NCBI RefSeq assembly: GCF_009834535.1
Contig: NC_045696.1
Coordinates: 112,346,001 to 112,410,000, forward strand
Reading direction: 5' to 3'
Length of the DNA stretch: 64,000 bases
DNA from: Camelus ferus
Lineage: Eukaryota
The notes under the pieces were generated by a model. It did not search any database and had not been told where the DNA came from. It worked only from the letters and a program-made list of their open reading frames with translations. This document shows, piece by piece, positions 24,660-38,329 of this stretch. Positions within the stretch are counted from its first letter, which is position 1, and the number at the start of each line of letters is the position of its first letter. Both the position numbers and the translations under genes were made by a program.

Positions 24660-26320
24660 GGTTCTAAACACTGGTCCCATTCCTCCCTGATGGAGCACCA
24701 GTTACGTAGTTTGGGGAATTCATGTCTACTAAAGGGGATGCAATTCTTGAGTATTCGAAAGTTATCCTTGGTACTGATTGGTTCAGGACTGCAATGTCTG
24801 ACCAGTAAGATATGAGAAAATGTTTGGAATCAACTTTCTGGAAAGTTCTGGAGAAAAAGAGAAAAACTACCGGAAGCACATCTCTCAAACAACCATGTAA
24901 AGAAGCAAACTTACAACTCAATCAACATCATAGCTGGTAGGTGAGAGAGATGAAAAATCTAATCCTGGATGACCTGGTTGAATAGATGGAGCTACAAACA
25001 TGAAGCCTGTAGTTGTAAGGGGAGTGGGTTAAAAGAGCTTGAATATTAGTGGGTGTCGGCTTGCCCTTTGCTACTTTTCATGAGATTGCAAGAAAGAGAT
25101 GAGCAGAGAGCAGTTCCTGGTTTGCCAGCAGAGGCAAGAGGGAATGGAGGCGTTCCGGCAGCTTGGTGCTGGCTGGGCTCACATGACTGGGAAGGGGATA
25201 CACAGGTGGATGTCCCGGCACATCCTGACGTTTCACATGGCCTCAGCAGAGCCACCCTTAATGTGAAAGACACATGGTAGAGTGAAGGAAAAAAAGGCAC
25301 AAAGGAAGGAAAGGAAATGTGCCTGGCAAAGAATCCTCAGTGTAGTTAGTAGCATGAGAAGGGACTGCACTCAGGGGAGATGAGGAGCCTGCTATGATTT
25401 TGAGGAAATTATGCCGCCAAAGAAACCATACAGCAAGCCTGCAATAAAGCCTGTGATGATTCAAGCACCCAAAGATGCCAACAGAAACTAGATTATAAAG
25501 CAGACGTACCAATGTCTACCTCAGATAAAACGATGGAGGATAATGGGCAAGAAATGACTTGTCAATGGATGGAGCCAGAAGCCGCAGAAGACAGTAGGCA
25601 AGATAGAAAAGAGAGTTTTACCCAGAGAGCAGTAACAGACTAATCAAGGATGACCCCCCGCCAGCCCTCCCTCACCAGTCAAAGTGTACACCCAGTGCCT
25701 GGGCAGAAGAGTTCCATTATTGCTATGGACCAGGACCAATTCTTCCTTTGTTCAAAAGGCAGTCTTCACATGCAGTTATATGGTCCTTGACTTACCGTTG
25801 TGTTTGTAAGAATGTGTTGTGTTTTCAGGGATAGTGGGTACAGATAACTTGTCTTTTTTACATAGATGCCCAGGCCAGGAGTCAATTCCAGACCTACTGG
25901 AAATGACTGAGCATCAGCAGAGATCCTAGATTTGGGCTTGAAGCAGTAACTGGATGGGTACTTCTGGCCTCTTCCCTGGAGAAAAAGGAGAGTGTTCTAT
26001 CAGTTCTAGAGGGTACAGAGACTTAGCTCTTCACCAAATTCACTTGCTCCTCCTTGGTAGCTGCATGGACCATGACTGGTTAGCTAAAATACATTTCCTA
26101 TTCACAGTTGCCAATACTGATGACCATTTAACTAAGATCTTACTGATAGAACATGAGTAAAGTGGTATGAGTAGTTGGTGGGGACCTTCAAGAGCCAGAC
26201 TATACCTCTCTCACGCTCTCATTTCTCCTGCTGTAAGCTTGACAATGGACACACTGGCGCTTGCAGGTTAAAGCTAGCTTTACCCTTCACCAGGCGTTCT
26301 GCATGCAAGAACGCCCTGGA
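24660..26320 (+). mobile_element. Degenerate MaLR (MLT1-type LTR and internal remnants)
   Basis: LTR-like tgattggttcagg (~24775) and ctaaaatacatttcc...gaccatttaactaagatct (~26085-26140), with internal-like sequence at ~25050-25960. Confidence 0.5.
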
Positions 26321-26321
26321 T

Positions 26322-26880
26322 CAGAGGTTCCCAAGCTTCCTCAGTTTGTGGCACCGTCCTGTCTGAGTAGTCTTTTCACAGTTTCCCACGGCCAAAAGAA
26401 ACATCTAATGATTCTATTTCAAGGTAGTTAGGTTCAAATAACTTACATATGAATACCCTACTACTAGTCACTTGAAAAAATAATACCTATAAAGTCAAGA
26501 GAGAAATATTAATATTCTTACATAACCATAATTGCTTACTAATGAGACTTGAGCATCTGTTGAGCTTTGTACAACTTCTCAAATACCACCAACCTTATTT
26601 CCTATGCAATGTTGATTTTGGCACAATACTTGCTATTAAAAATCACAAGTTCTGAAAAACCAGCCTCAAAAAGACATGGTGTCATCGAGAGAAATGTAGT
26701 TGCAAGATCTGAGATTGAAAGTGATCCTATCTTATTTGCATTTTGGTAACTTTGTTGCAACAATTGACATTATCCTAAATATTATATTAACTAAACTCTT
26801 GGATGGACTTCAAAGAAAAATAAGACACTGTCATGTTGAATTAGAACAAGGCATGGGTTTCCCTGGCTCACTGTTGCCTT
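26322..26880. mobile_element. hAT-Charlie element (Charlie4a-like)
   Basis: Starts cagaggttcccaagcttcctcagtttgtggcacc...ggccaaaagaaa...gtagttaggttcaaataactta. Confidence 0.65.
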
Positions 26881-27024
26881 GCTTAGGATGAACCAAACTG
26901 TACAAGGAGGAACACAGAAGACTGTGACCAGTACTCTTTAGCTATAACCCTCCAAAGAACACAATGAACCCCCAAATGGCCTCCAAATACCTCTACTGCT
27001 ATTACCCCTGTTCCTTTATCAAAT

Positions 27025-27544
27025 TGTAGTGGGGAAGAACAAACCTGACTCCATATTAGATCTGTTCCTTTGCCTCTAACCCTCTGCTCTGTTTCCTGTG
27101 CTTAGTCATGCTGGTTCTGCACCTTTTGTAAAAGAATGTTGCCTAGAGACTGAAATATACAGGGCAGCCTATTCTCAAGGCTCTGACCTTTAAGGGTAGA
27201 ACACTTTTCCATTGATATAGAGATTAAAAGTTGCAGAATGGAAAATAACATTTGTCTTGTTGGAGGTTTACAGGAACATCATGACCTGACCTATGTAGAC
27301 AGCTGCAAGAACAAAGGATTCCAACACCAAAAAGTTTTCAACAACCAGCCACACCCCCTCCCCTTTTTAGTATAAGAAGAGCCTGAATTCTGACTTGGGG
27401 AAGATGGTTCTTTAGGACATTAGTCCCCCATCTTCTCCGTCTGCTGGCTTTCTGAATAAAGTTGTTATTCCTTGCCCCAACATCTCATCTCCCGATTTAC
27501 TGACCTGTCATGTGGCGAGCAGAACAAGTTTGGACTCAGTAACA
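27025..27544 (+). mobile_element. ERV1-class solo LTR, complete
   Basis: tgtagt...ggactcagtaaca with a perfect 4-bp TSD AAAT (27021-27024 / 27545-27548); TATAAG ~27371; AATAAA ~27455. Confidence 0.92.
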
Positions 27545-28371
27545 AAATGATAATTCTGGAATGTTCAACAGATAAATCTTGAAGAATGAGTAGGAATTGA
27601 ATAAATATAAATTACTTTGAATAGATTATTTATTAATTCAGAGAGTATTAACTGAGCACTTACTATGTATACATTACTGATGGATATTAAAATAAATATA
27701 ACATACACAGTACCACTACACATGGAACATATTCTTTGCAAACTATTTTTAGGAAAAACAAATCTACATTCCTTATTCCTTTAACAGACTGGATTCTAAT
27801 ACCTCACTAAGCCCACCATCCAGTGTTTTCAGCTTCACTCTCTGAGAAAAAAACATTAGATCGGTGTGCTCAGTCATTTTTTTCATGGACACTATTCATT
27901 GTCCATCTTTACTGGGTAGGTTACACACCAACTAGTTGTGCTATGTCTTAAAGTTGAGTCAAAGGAGCTATTCTTTAAAAAAACAGAAAACAAATATGAA
28001 GCTAGGGCTTCTGAGAGTTAAAAAGGAGGGGAGTCAGTTCTTTCCTGCTTCCCTGACTTACTCTTGGGAGTTTTAACCCCTCTTTTGCCCCCTGTTGTCC
28101 CCGAGCTGAAATCATCAGCTGTAATCCAATGTGTCATGCCTGAAAGTTCTCCCTTCCGCACTGGGGCAACTCTGCCCTGTCCTTTAAGACCTAAGTCAAA
28201 TATTACCTTTCAGCTTAGCCTTCCACACTGCCTCCCAGAAGAAACTATCCCTTCCTTCTTTAAGCTCTTCCAGCACGTTATACACAAGCACATGAATTTA
28301 TATATACATACTTCTGTTTTTGTAGTTTTCAAATTACAGAATCATTTTTGGTTGATGTGTTTATTTGGATT

Positions 28372-28591
28372 AAGGGTCGGTCAACTATTTTTGTAAAGTG
28401 TGTCTAATAATCAAAGTTTTAGGCTTTATGGCCCATAGGGTCTCTGTTACAAATACTACAAACACTTAATTCTGCCTTTGCCACAGGAAAGCAGCCAGAG
28501 ACAATATGCAAACAATGGGTGTGGCTACGTTTACATAAAACTTCTGCAGTAGGCCAGATGTGGTCACAGGGAAAAACCTTGATGATCTCTG
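28372..28591. mobile_element. MER58A-like MITE
   Basis: agggtcggtcaactattttt...ttttaggcttt...gaaagcagccagagacaatatgcaaacaatgggtgtggct. Confidence 0.8.
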
Positions 28592-28799
28592 ATCCAAGTC
28601 ACCAAGACAGGAAGCCCTATATCCATGACAGGATACTTGCTTATGAAGTATCCTGTCATGTGTCTTCTTGGGATATGCTCCCTGGTCATTCCCTCAAATC
28701 CTGTGGGGATCCCTGGACAACAGTATTCACTTTTAACTGAAACATTTTGGCAAAGACTTCAGTTAACAATACATCACTCACATCCAATATGATGTGAGT

Positions 28800-29196
28800 A
28801 AACCGTATGTTCAAAATGTCACACTCAACTGGGCACACAGATGTGTTCTCTTTGGCCTATAATGTTGAGCCATACAAAGTCTTACATTTCAATTGATTGT
28901 TAATCTTTTAAAACAGAGATCTAAAAAATTTTAAGAGACCGTGTTTCCTATTTTGCCTGACAAACTGGAAGACGTGGCCCTACTTCATCTACCTTCCTTT
29001 ATGATGACAGCGCGTTGGATGTGAGTAGCCGTCTTGAGGAGCAAGTAATCTCCAGTTTTCCATAGTCACTACTACTCTCTATCAATCATCAGCATTGAGT
29101 CCAGGTGTTGTTACCATTTGTCATCTTACATCTGCCCGACCTTTTTCTTTACATTACCTGTCTGGTTCCAGTTATCATTTGAGTTTGCAACTCTTA
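28800..29196. mobile_element. MER102-like hAT-Charlie element
   Basis: aaactggaagacgtggc...ctccagttttccatagtc...catttgagtttgcaactct. Confidence 0.6.
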
Positions 29197-29779
29197 ACAC
29201 AGGTATTAAGAATTTTTGGGTGATTTGAGACCACAAGGTTTCATTTTTCTGGCACCCATCATGTTTTATTCCTTTCCTGTACATCCAAGGTAGGCAAACC
29301 AATTTCTGTGATGAATCAATTTTATAACTGCATGCCTTGAAGTCAGGAGGGAGGGACCTGAAATTCTCCACTTTGTACTAATGGAATCATCACTTCTTCT
29401 TTCCTCCAGCCCTGGTTCTGCCTTCTGTCTCACAGGTTATCTCATCTAATTTATCTACTTAGATGCTTCATTTTAAAAATGCAAATGCTCATTTACTTTT
29501 CAATGATAAAATACAGGCGCCAGCTAATAAGCATCTTGAGCGCTAGTAGAGAGTCCATCTGACCGTTTACAGTAGCCACTTGCTGTACCTGAGGGAACAT
29601 GCAGGTCCCCAGATAGTAAGTCCCTTCCTATGGCAGGAGGGCACATGTCCTTGTGATGGCTGTCTCACTTACGGAGTTGGGCTGAGTTATACCTGTTTGT
29701 CTGGACTGCCTTTTGTCCTACAGCCATTGTGATATGGATGGATCGGGTCAGTGCGTCTAGCTCAGCTAAGACCAGTAAT

Positions 29780-30010
29780 AGCAGCCAATGTTTACCGTGC
29801 ATTGTCTGTACCCAAGGCTATCCTAACATCTCTTGCATACATTATTTTCTTTAATCTCTACAACACACTCATGGAGTATATACTATTACTATATTCATTT
29901 TATAGTTGAGAAAACTGTGATACAATTAGGTAGTTTGCCAAAGTCAGATGGAGAATAATGAATTTGAACCCAGGAAATAGGATTTCAAAGTGTATTCTCC
30001 TAACCACTGA
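29780..30010 (-). mobile_element. MIR SINE
   Basis: ttaatctctacaac...cattttatagttgagaaaactg...gaatttgaacccagg...taaccact. Confidence 0.75.
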
Positions 30011-31489
30011 CCCTCACAGACCCCTACCTCACTCTTGGTAGATGACCATACAGCAGAACCAAGCCTGTTGTCCAAACAAGTTCAAACTCAAGGTATTGCT
30101 AGAAGTCTACTATTTCAGCTATCATACTGAAATTGAACTGTAATAACACTGCGTTCCAGAAATGGCCATATTCTTGTTTAGTAATAAAAAATGCAGATTT
30201 ATTATTCATTGGCTTAAAGAACCTGGGATATTGGTAAAAATTTGAATGGAAACTTAAAAATAATTGCATTATAGTTTTTCAGCCTACCCTGGGAAGGACA
30301 CTGTTCACGTTTGATATTCCCTGGATGCTCTATTTGCTGAAATTTTTATTTTTTTATGACCAAAGTGGGCATTTGGTTACAGCTGCTTTAAAATTTTTCT
30401 GAGATAAAGATTAAAGGTGTACCTTAAAACAGGGAACTCTGGGATCTCCATTTCCCATCTGTCTGTGTTATAATGGACTCAAAATGACTTTCTGGGGAGG
30501 ATCTTGGGTTGCCTGGGACTTGTCCTATGACTCATTGCTAAGCAAAACCAGGCACCCTTCTACTGAAGCATAGCTCATTCTTAAGGACCCCAACTTCCAC
30601 AGGAGGGTATTAACTCTACCCCAAGCTTAGCTGAAAAAGCACATGGCTTAGCACTTCCTGATAAAACAGAGCAGCTGTCCTTAGGCACTTCTCCAGCAAT
30701 ATAGCCTTAAACTCATTACTGATCCAGCAATATCTTTTTAAAACTTGGCTGAGAGAAGATGTATTTATGGAGGGTCTCCCCAAAGCTCCGTCTATTCCTC
30801 ATTACCAGTAAAAAAAAAGTAGGTTCTTTCCTATTTTGACATCCAGAAAAAATACACAGAATGTACATTAAAAAATTCAAGTTCAAGGAGCACACAGAAG
30901 CCAGGTAAGAAAAAGATAGTCTACATTCCACCCTGGGGCTGATGGCAGACCATCAGAAAGTGACAATCGACCATGCAGAAACACTCTCTCCTTTCAGAGT
31001 TGATTTTCAGTTAATTTTGTAACAGCAGACACCCTGGTCCATCTCGAGGGGCAGCACAGGAAAGGGCTGATGAAGGTTATCACTGTGTTTCTGAAGAGGA
31101 TGTTGTCCATGACCTTAGACGGTGTCTTTCTGGAAAGACTTATTATTGGAGACATTACTCTTTGTTTTCAATACCAGGCAGGATGGGGCTTCTCTAAGCA
31201 ACCGGCTTCATTTCACTGATGAACTCCATGAATCATGTTTGCCTCCTCTCTTGGCTGCTGGAAAGCTCAGCATCAAATGTGTGGTCCTTCTCTTCAGAGG
31301 AGGTCGGACCTCACTGATGTGCTGGTCCTGTTCCTGACCCTATTGTAATCTTCCATGACCGTTTGTTCGTTCCTTCATCTATTTATTCTATTCTCTCTTT
31401 TCATACTGAGCAGATTTCAGTAACACATATTTAGTGAGATTTTTTGACAAAGAAGCGTAGAAGTAGGCAGTTATTTTCTTTGTTTTTTC

Positions 31490-32230
31490 CCCCCAGTGAT
31501 TGGTTCCACTGATGATCCAGTTGCTATAACTAAAATCCTGAAAGTCATCCTTGACTCTTCCTTCTCCCTCATGCCTACACTTGATTCTGCTTCAGACTCA
31601 TCCACTGATAACTCTATGACACTACCTCAGTCAAGGCCAACAGCATCTCTCTTCTGGGCCACAGCAGTAACTGAACTGGTTTTATCCCCTCATGTCTAAT
31701 CTATTCCCTCATCCAACCTATTCTCTAAGCTTCAGCCATGATGGGAACCCTAGCTGGGCTTCCCTTTGGCCTTAGGATATGGTCCCAAGTCCCCAAAAGA
31801 CTTTTCAAGTCCCTGGAAAATGTGGAATGAGCACTTTTTGATCTAACCCATGGAACATCTCCCATTTTCTCAAAATACAGTCTTCCCTCGCTCCCTCTTT
31901 CTGACATTTGCATGTGCTCTTTCCTCTGCTTAGAACACTCTTATTCTACACTCCTGGCTCACTTTTATTCACTTCTCAATTTAAAAGTTCCATTTTTTTT
32001 GAGCAGGCTTTCCTGGGATCCTAGATAGGGTCCCACATTCCTGTTACATGCCCCCAGAAGCAGTTACTATTTGGGAAGTACGGCTTATTGTATTTGATCA
32101 GAGTTACTGATTAGATTGTCTGTTTTCCCTGCTATACAGCAGGACAGGGATGCATTTTTGTTCACTGCTTCAGCCCTAGTGCCTGGAACATTACAGAAAT
32201 GTAATAAACATCAACTGAATGGCTGAATGA
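31490..32230 (+). mobile_element. L2 LINE 3' portion
   Basis: gtcatccttgactcttccttctccctc...ttgttcactgct...tagtgcctggaaca...taataaaca...tgaatggctgaatga. Confidence 0.75.
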
Positions 32231-33042
32231 GATAAATCACCATCACATAATCACTCATAAAGCACCAGAAATTGGGAATGGCTGATGTAAGATTCGTGGC
32301 TAGTATATCTTTAGTGGAGCCACGCATTGAATGAAACAATCTGCAAAGTGGCTCTTATTTTTATGTAAAAAACTTCATTACATTTGCTTACTCTTTTTCT
32401 GCCTTCTAATATTTTCCCGCACAAAATAGAGGAGAATTTGTGCAAGCACATCATCCCTGGGTTGATTCCTTATTCAGCTGCCATCAATTACCCAGGTAAT
32501 GCAGCAATAAAAGACACAGTTAATCTTCCGCTTGTCAAGGGATACTCTGATAGTTAGAGACAGGCTTTGTTTGTCTGTATGAGAGAAAACAGAGAGGAGT
32601 GATAATTACCAGGTAATCTGAGATTTCACGTATTTGCCAAAATCACCGGTCACCTCCCACCTCCCTTGCACAGGCAACGCAGTGCAACCTATGGGTGTTG
32701 TCAATGGTCTACCTTTTTGGCGACAATAAGTTGTGCTAATACCTTTTCTACACATACTACAAGACAAGACAGTATCACAGACTTCTATTCCTTGGATGAA
32801 AGTGTGCAAGCTGACCTAGACCTAGGATGGACCAGTAGATACTTGGCTTCACTTCCTTTATTTCCTGCACTCTTGACTTCTGCTTATTCATACATTCTAA
32901 TAAACCGTTCCTATTTAATACATATGAGGATCATGCAGGCTATGGCTTTCATGAAGTAAAATAATTATTCTTACTTCTGTTAAAACAAACATTTTAACTC
33001 AGAGATGCCTATAGAGCATTTCCAAACCAGTTGAAAGAGTTA

Positions 33043-33274
33043 CGGTTAAGTCTTGAACAAGGCAGGGGCTAAGGGCACTGACTCCACGCAGTTGAAAATC
33101 CTCGTATAATTTATAGTCAGCCCTCCGTACGCCAGATTTCTCCATATCTGTGGTTCAGCATTCACAGATTCAACCAACTGTGGGCCACGCAGGACTGCAG
33201 TATTTATTATTGAAAAAATTCCATGTATAACTAGACCTACACATTCCAAATCTGTATTGCTCAAAGGTCCACCG
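33043..33274. mobile_element. Tigger1-derived MITE (Tigger1a-like)
   Basis: TA TSD on both sides; imperfect TIRs cggttaagtcttgaacaa / ttgctcaaaggtccaccg; internal gattcaaccaactg. Confidence 0.85.
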
Positions 33275-35361
33275 TACTTGCGAATGGAGTGGAGACCTCT
33301 GGGCGGCTGCGGTACTCAATTTCTCAGACCCAGATGCATCTCAGGCCCTGGGTTCCATGAGATGCTTTGTGCTCTTCTATACTGACTTCTGTTACCTGCA
33401 ACCAAGGGACTCTGAACAAGTAGAGCAAGTCAACACCATCAGGTATCAAACACACGGGTGGTCTGAGGCCCAGGCTGTTACAGGGAAAGTAGAGAGAACC
33501 TTTCTTGCAGTAATCCCTGTGGGAGAGAATCTTGTCTCTCCTTGAAGAGAAATGAAAACTGTTCCAAAATGAGAAACTCAAGAATATGAGCATCATTAGA
33601 AATGCTGCCTGCTTCTGCAGAGAGGTGCAGCTCAATTAAGTAATCATCTTTTGTACATACACATGCAGACACACTCACCAAGGTATTCTCTGCCCCTTTC
33701 TAACTACTGAATTTTATAGACTTAAAATGCTATCAACAGTAAAGCACACTGTACATACTACTAAAATATAAAAACAAACAAAATACTGCCAAATAAATAG
33801 TGGCACAAGGCTTAACTTACCACTTACTTTTTTATTTTGTACTTCTTGAAAAAGCTTCTTTTAGATTTAGGTAGACACATTTTTAGCACTTATAATTTTT
33901 ATGCATAAAAAGGGAAATGTGAGCTAAATACATTGATTAAGGTATTCCTAAAACATCTTTACATTCAGAGTTCAACCAATCTCTCACACTTTTGGGGTTA
34001 GTTCACAAGCTTATTCATACATAAAGTCTGGGAATGGTATGGAAAATTTCCAGAAGGACAGAAGAGACCTTTCTATCCCGAAAGATCCCCTGCCTAATTT
34101 TTTGGCCAGGGTTCTACTTTTGATTCAAGATTCATTCTTAAACCCATTGTCTACATCCCTGCTGGGTGGCAAGACTGTCTTTGAAACCCTGGATCATTCT
34201 CTAGCTGAGAAGTTTCCAAAGACTTGTAACTAGCACTTGGTGGAGATTCAGGATTTGACGATGCTAATACATTGGAGAATTAGCTGGCAGCTCCATTATT
34301 CGCAGAAAGTTGTACAGAAAAGAATAAAATGCAAGTTATTCTCTTTCTATTAATAAGGCAATTATCTTTTTTTCTTAGGCCTTGTCTTTGGAAGAAGACT
34401 TTATTCTTCAAATAAGAAAATAAATAAGCCAAAAATATTCCCACTGCACATTTATTGTTAAATTAAGAAAGGCTTGGTCTTACGGTTGTCAAAATAAACA
34501 GGATATGAAAATTTAGATTTTTAGGAAATTTACAGTAGTGCTGAAATATACCGTATCCACTGGTAATTTAATTTCCTTATCAGTCTTTCCCAAGAGAAAC
34601 TGGGAACAGAATGTGCCCAAGTCCAAGAAGAAATCCTAAAGAGATGTAGAAAAGAAGCTAATTGCTAAATGTAATCCTTGGTACCAGACCAGGCCAGTTC
34701 ATATACTACAAATACAAAGGGGCAAAAAAAGCAAGGGAATTCTTGGTGAGTAATAGGAACAAGAAGAAAAAGATCAGAACAAAAATAAACCAAATGGCAG
34801 ATCACTTTATGATGTGATGTGTTTTAAAATAGATGGCAGGTCAGGACAAAACCACATGAAAAAAAAATGACCTTCAGTGATGCTGAATGTTTACGCAAAA
34901 CAGCACAAAAAATAGATATGTGCTAGATAAAAGGGAAAATACCCCAATCACGATTCAGAAAAAATTGGAGGATATATCTAAGAAAGAACACAGAGGACTT
35001 TACAGTTCCTGTAAATTTTATACCATTAGGCTGACATGATTCTGCATAAAAAAAATGGTATATTGACTATTAATTTCCTATACACCAGGGTTAGAGGAGC
35101 CATTATTCTTTATAAGAAAATATTATTTTTAATACCCCATAATATAGTTAGGAAAATTAGTATATAAGGAAGTAGCAAGGAAATGTCTGTTTTTAATTTT
35201 TATATCAAATTTTAAATGAAGGTTCAAGTTATAAGGCTTGGAGAAATTTTTTTAGTCCTGGAGCCTAACAGTTCCAGGGGATTATATTTTTAAATAGGAT
35301 GCTGAGGTTGAGAAACTATAAATATCTTTAAAATGCTTTCAGGCCAATATGTCTTCTACAT

Positions 35362-35523
35362 CAGTGCTTCTCAAGTTTTGCAGTGCATAAAAATCATCTG
35401 AGGATCATGCAAACGAGGAGTCTGACTCAGTAGGTGGAAACCCAGGCCCAAGATTCTGCCTTTTAACGAGCTTCTACGTGCTGCTGAGGCTGCAGTATGT
35501 GGACCGTGATTTGAGCAGCAAGG
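35362..35523. mobile_element. MER5A-like MITE
   Basis: cagtgcttctcaagttt...ctgactcagtaggt...ggcccaagattctgc...tttgagcagcaagg. Confidence 0.82.
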
Positions 35524-36179
35524 CTCACCTTGTGGCCTCTGTTTCTTGTGGGATCTTTCACCAGTGATACATGGACTGAAAGAATGGTCAAATTCTAGTT
35601 CAGAACCATGTCTGGTCCCAATGATGAATTCTGGTTTAGGGTCACCTATATCCAAATAACTGTTCACGTCTGTAAGAGCCTGATCTCTCTTTGATTTAAA
35701 GCCATTATCATAATGAAAAAACTGAACAGCTGTCTAATATCTGTGTAGTTGTAGGTTAGGTTATAAATGAAAATACAGACTAGTGCCCCATAGGAGTTTA
35801 TAAAGCAAAAACATTGGTGTTGGTATGACAGTGACATTCTAAAGAACAGCAAGAAAGCAGATGCATATCTTCAAGTAACATTGACATCAAAGGTTGAACT
35901 TGTTTTCAAAGTAAAAGAAAAATACATTTAAAATTTGGTGGAAATTAAGATGATTTAGCTTAACAACTTTAAATTGTAATATATGTTATAGAGCTGTCAG
36001 TTTCCTTTTGGGCAATTCCTATGAAAGGGCATTATGTGTCAGAAATGATGAAAAAATCAGTTTTCCAGGCTGCAGGGGAGAGAGCACTTCTCTGATCACA
36101 ACAACAAATAGGGCTGCCAGCATCAAGAGCACTCAGACAGATACTGACGGATGGTGGTCAGGGGGATGCGCTGAAATCT

Positions 36180-37133
36180 ACAAGGAGATACCATCTCACA
36201 CCTGTTCAGATGGCAATTATCAAAAAAATGAAAGTGTTGTCAAGGACGTGGAGTAAAGGGAACTCTTGTACACTTTTGGTGGGGACGTAAGCTGGCATAG
36301 GCTTTATGGAAAACAGTGCAGAGGTGCCTCAAAAAAAAACTGGGGGGAGGGTATAGCTCAATGGAAGAGTGTGTGCTTAGCATACATGAGGTCCTGGGTT
36401 CAATTCCCAGTACCTCCATTAAAACAAACAAACAAAAAACTTAATTATCCCCCCAAATCTAAAAATGGAACTACCATATGATCCACCAATCCTTCTTTTG
36501 AGTATATGTTAAAGGAGATGAAATCCGTTCCTTGAATAGGTATCTGCACTCTCTCTTCGTTGTCATTATTCACAATATTTAAGCTATGGAAACAACTTGA
36601 GTGTCCATTGATGGATGAATAGGTAAAGAAATCACGGTATATACACACAGTAACATTTATTCCATTATTATTCAGCCTTAGAAAAGGAGATTCTGCCATT
36701 TGCAACATCACGGATAAACCTAGAGGACGTTATGTTAAGTGAAATAAGCCACACACAAAAAGACAAATACTGGCTGGTATTACTTACATGTGGAATCTAA
36801 AAATGTAGACCACACAGAGGCAGAGAGTAGAATGGTGATTACCAGGGGTGGGAAGAGGGGGCAAATGAAGAGATATTGGTCAAGGCTACAAAGTTATAGT
36901 TCTGTAGGATGAATGAGACCTAACATGTAACATGATGATTACAGTTAATAATACTGTATTGAATACTGGAAATTTGATAAGGATAGATTTCAGGTCTCTC
37001 AGCACACATACGCACAGCTGTGTGAGGAGATGAGGACATTAATTAGCTTGACTGTAATAATCATTTCATTATGTATGTGTATATCAAAGAGTCATGTTGT
37101 ACATCTTAAATATACACAATTTTTATTTTAAAA
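36180..37133 (+). mobile_element. Older LINE-1 (L1MA-type) 3' end with a nested SINE
   Basis: gagataccatctcacacctgtt...gaactaccatatgatcca...gcagagagtagaatggtgattaccagggg...taattagcttgactgt. Confidence 0.9.
36342..36460 (+). mobile_element. vic-1-type SINE inserted in an L1 A-run
   Basis: GGGGGGAGGGTATAGCTCAATGGAAGAGTGTGTGCTTAGCATACATGAGGTCCTGGGTTCAATTCCCAGTACCTCC plus tail. Confidence 0.92.
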
Positions 37134-37989
37134 AGGTGGCAGAGAACTGAAGAAGAGCTGTTGGTAATTAACAACTAAAATTAAATACAGTTTTGACTCT
37201 CAAATATAATTGAAGCGCTTCCTAAAATTACACAGCTTACTTTTTCTCCAAAAGCTTTATAAAATTATGTCTCAGTAAATGAAATCAAAACAGTATTAGG
37301 ATTGATTACTTGCATCTGAGAAAACAAGATGGATTTGTTAGGAATTCTAGACTTCCTTGCTGCCCGGGCCGTACAAGTATTTAACTGGTATGAAAATAAT
37401 CCTGCCAAGCTTTAGAAAGACTCAAGAGGCTGGAAAGAGCCAAGATGTTAGAAATACCTCCCCATTCCCACTGTTTTCCTTTTTGTCAAACTCATAAAAA
37501 TGTACATAATCTGCGCACATTTGTGAAGTGCACTGTATTTATGTCCGAGTAAACTTGAACGTGGAGTTGTCTGTGTCCTTCACACAATGCCGCCCATTGT
37601 TTCCCTGAGAAGTAAGGATGAGATATTTTGATACCTGGGGCGATGCTGAGATTATTCAATTTGAGTTGGGGAATTAGGTACAGATTCTTCCTACTAATGC
37701 TTGATCAGTTTAAACTGTTACAATATACAAAATACTCCTTCTTCCTGAGATTTTTGAAATTGAATAACTTTTAAAATAAGAAAAGCCCCAAATTATTTCT
37801 CTTCCAGAATAAGACTTAATTACAGCTTTCTGAGGTGGCAGCTACATGATTAAGCCAATTTATTGGATTATCTTTCCTTTACACCATGTCGACCAGCACT
37901 CATTCTCTTGTTAGAAGAAGTCTTAATATTTAAAACAAAATTTGCTCTAAATGAAGCAATGGGTTCTTTTAGAACGTTTCGAAAAGGTA

Positions 37990-38190
37990 GCTATAGTATA
38001 GAGAATCATAATATCTGAATTTGAGTCTTTGGTTCTCCTACTTACTAACTCTGTGATTTCAAGCATCTCAGAGGTTGAGTTTCTTCTGTTGGAAAGCTTT
38101 TTAGAGACATGAAGCAAGGATTAGATAAGGTAACCCAGATGAATGCCCTTGGAAAACTCCAGAATGCCACGTGGGTTTTATGTTATTTTA
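37990..38190 (+). mobile_element. MIR SINE
   Basis: ctgaatttgagtctttggttctcctacttactaactctgtgattt...gagtttcttctgt. Confidence 0.6.
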
Positions 38191-38329
38191 GGTAGCAGCA
38201 GCAGCAACTATAGAAACAACCTTAGAGTAAGACATGTTGACATATATTTAGCCTCGACATGCTAAGCTGTCAATTTATGAGCATAATCATCCCAATTTTA
38301 GGGGGTTGTTTCTGGGACCGCTCCTGGCA

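Noticed and set aside
34560..35250. A-rich stretch as a processed pseudogene or L1 remnant
   Set aside because: No ORF or diagnostic motif could be read with confidence
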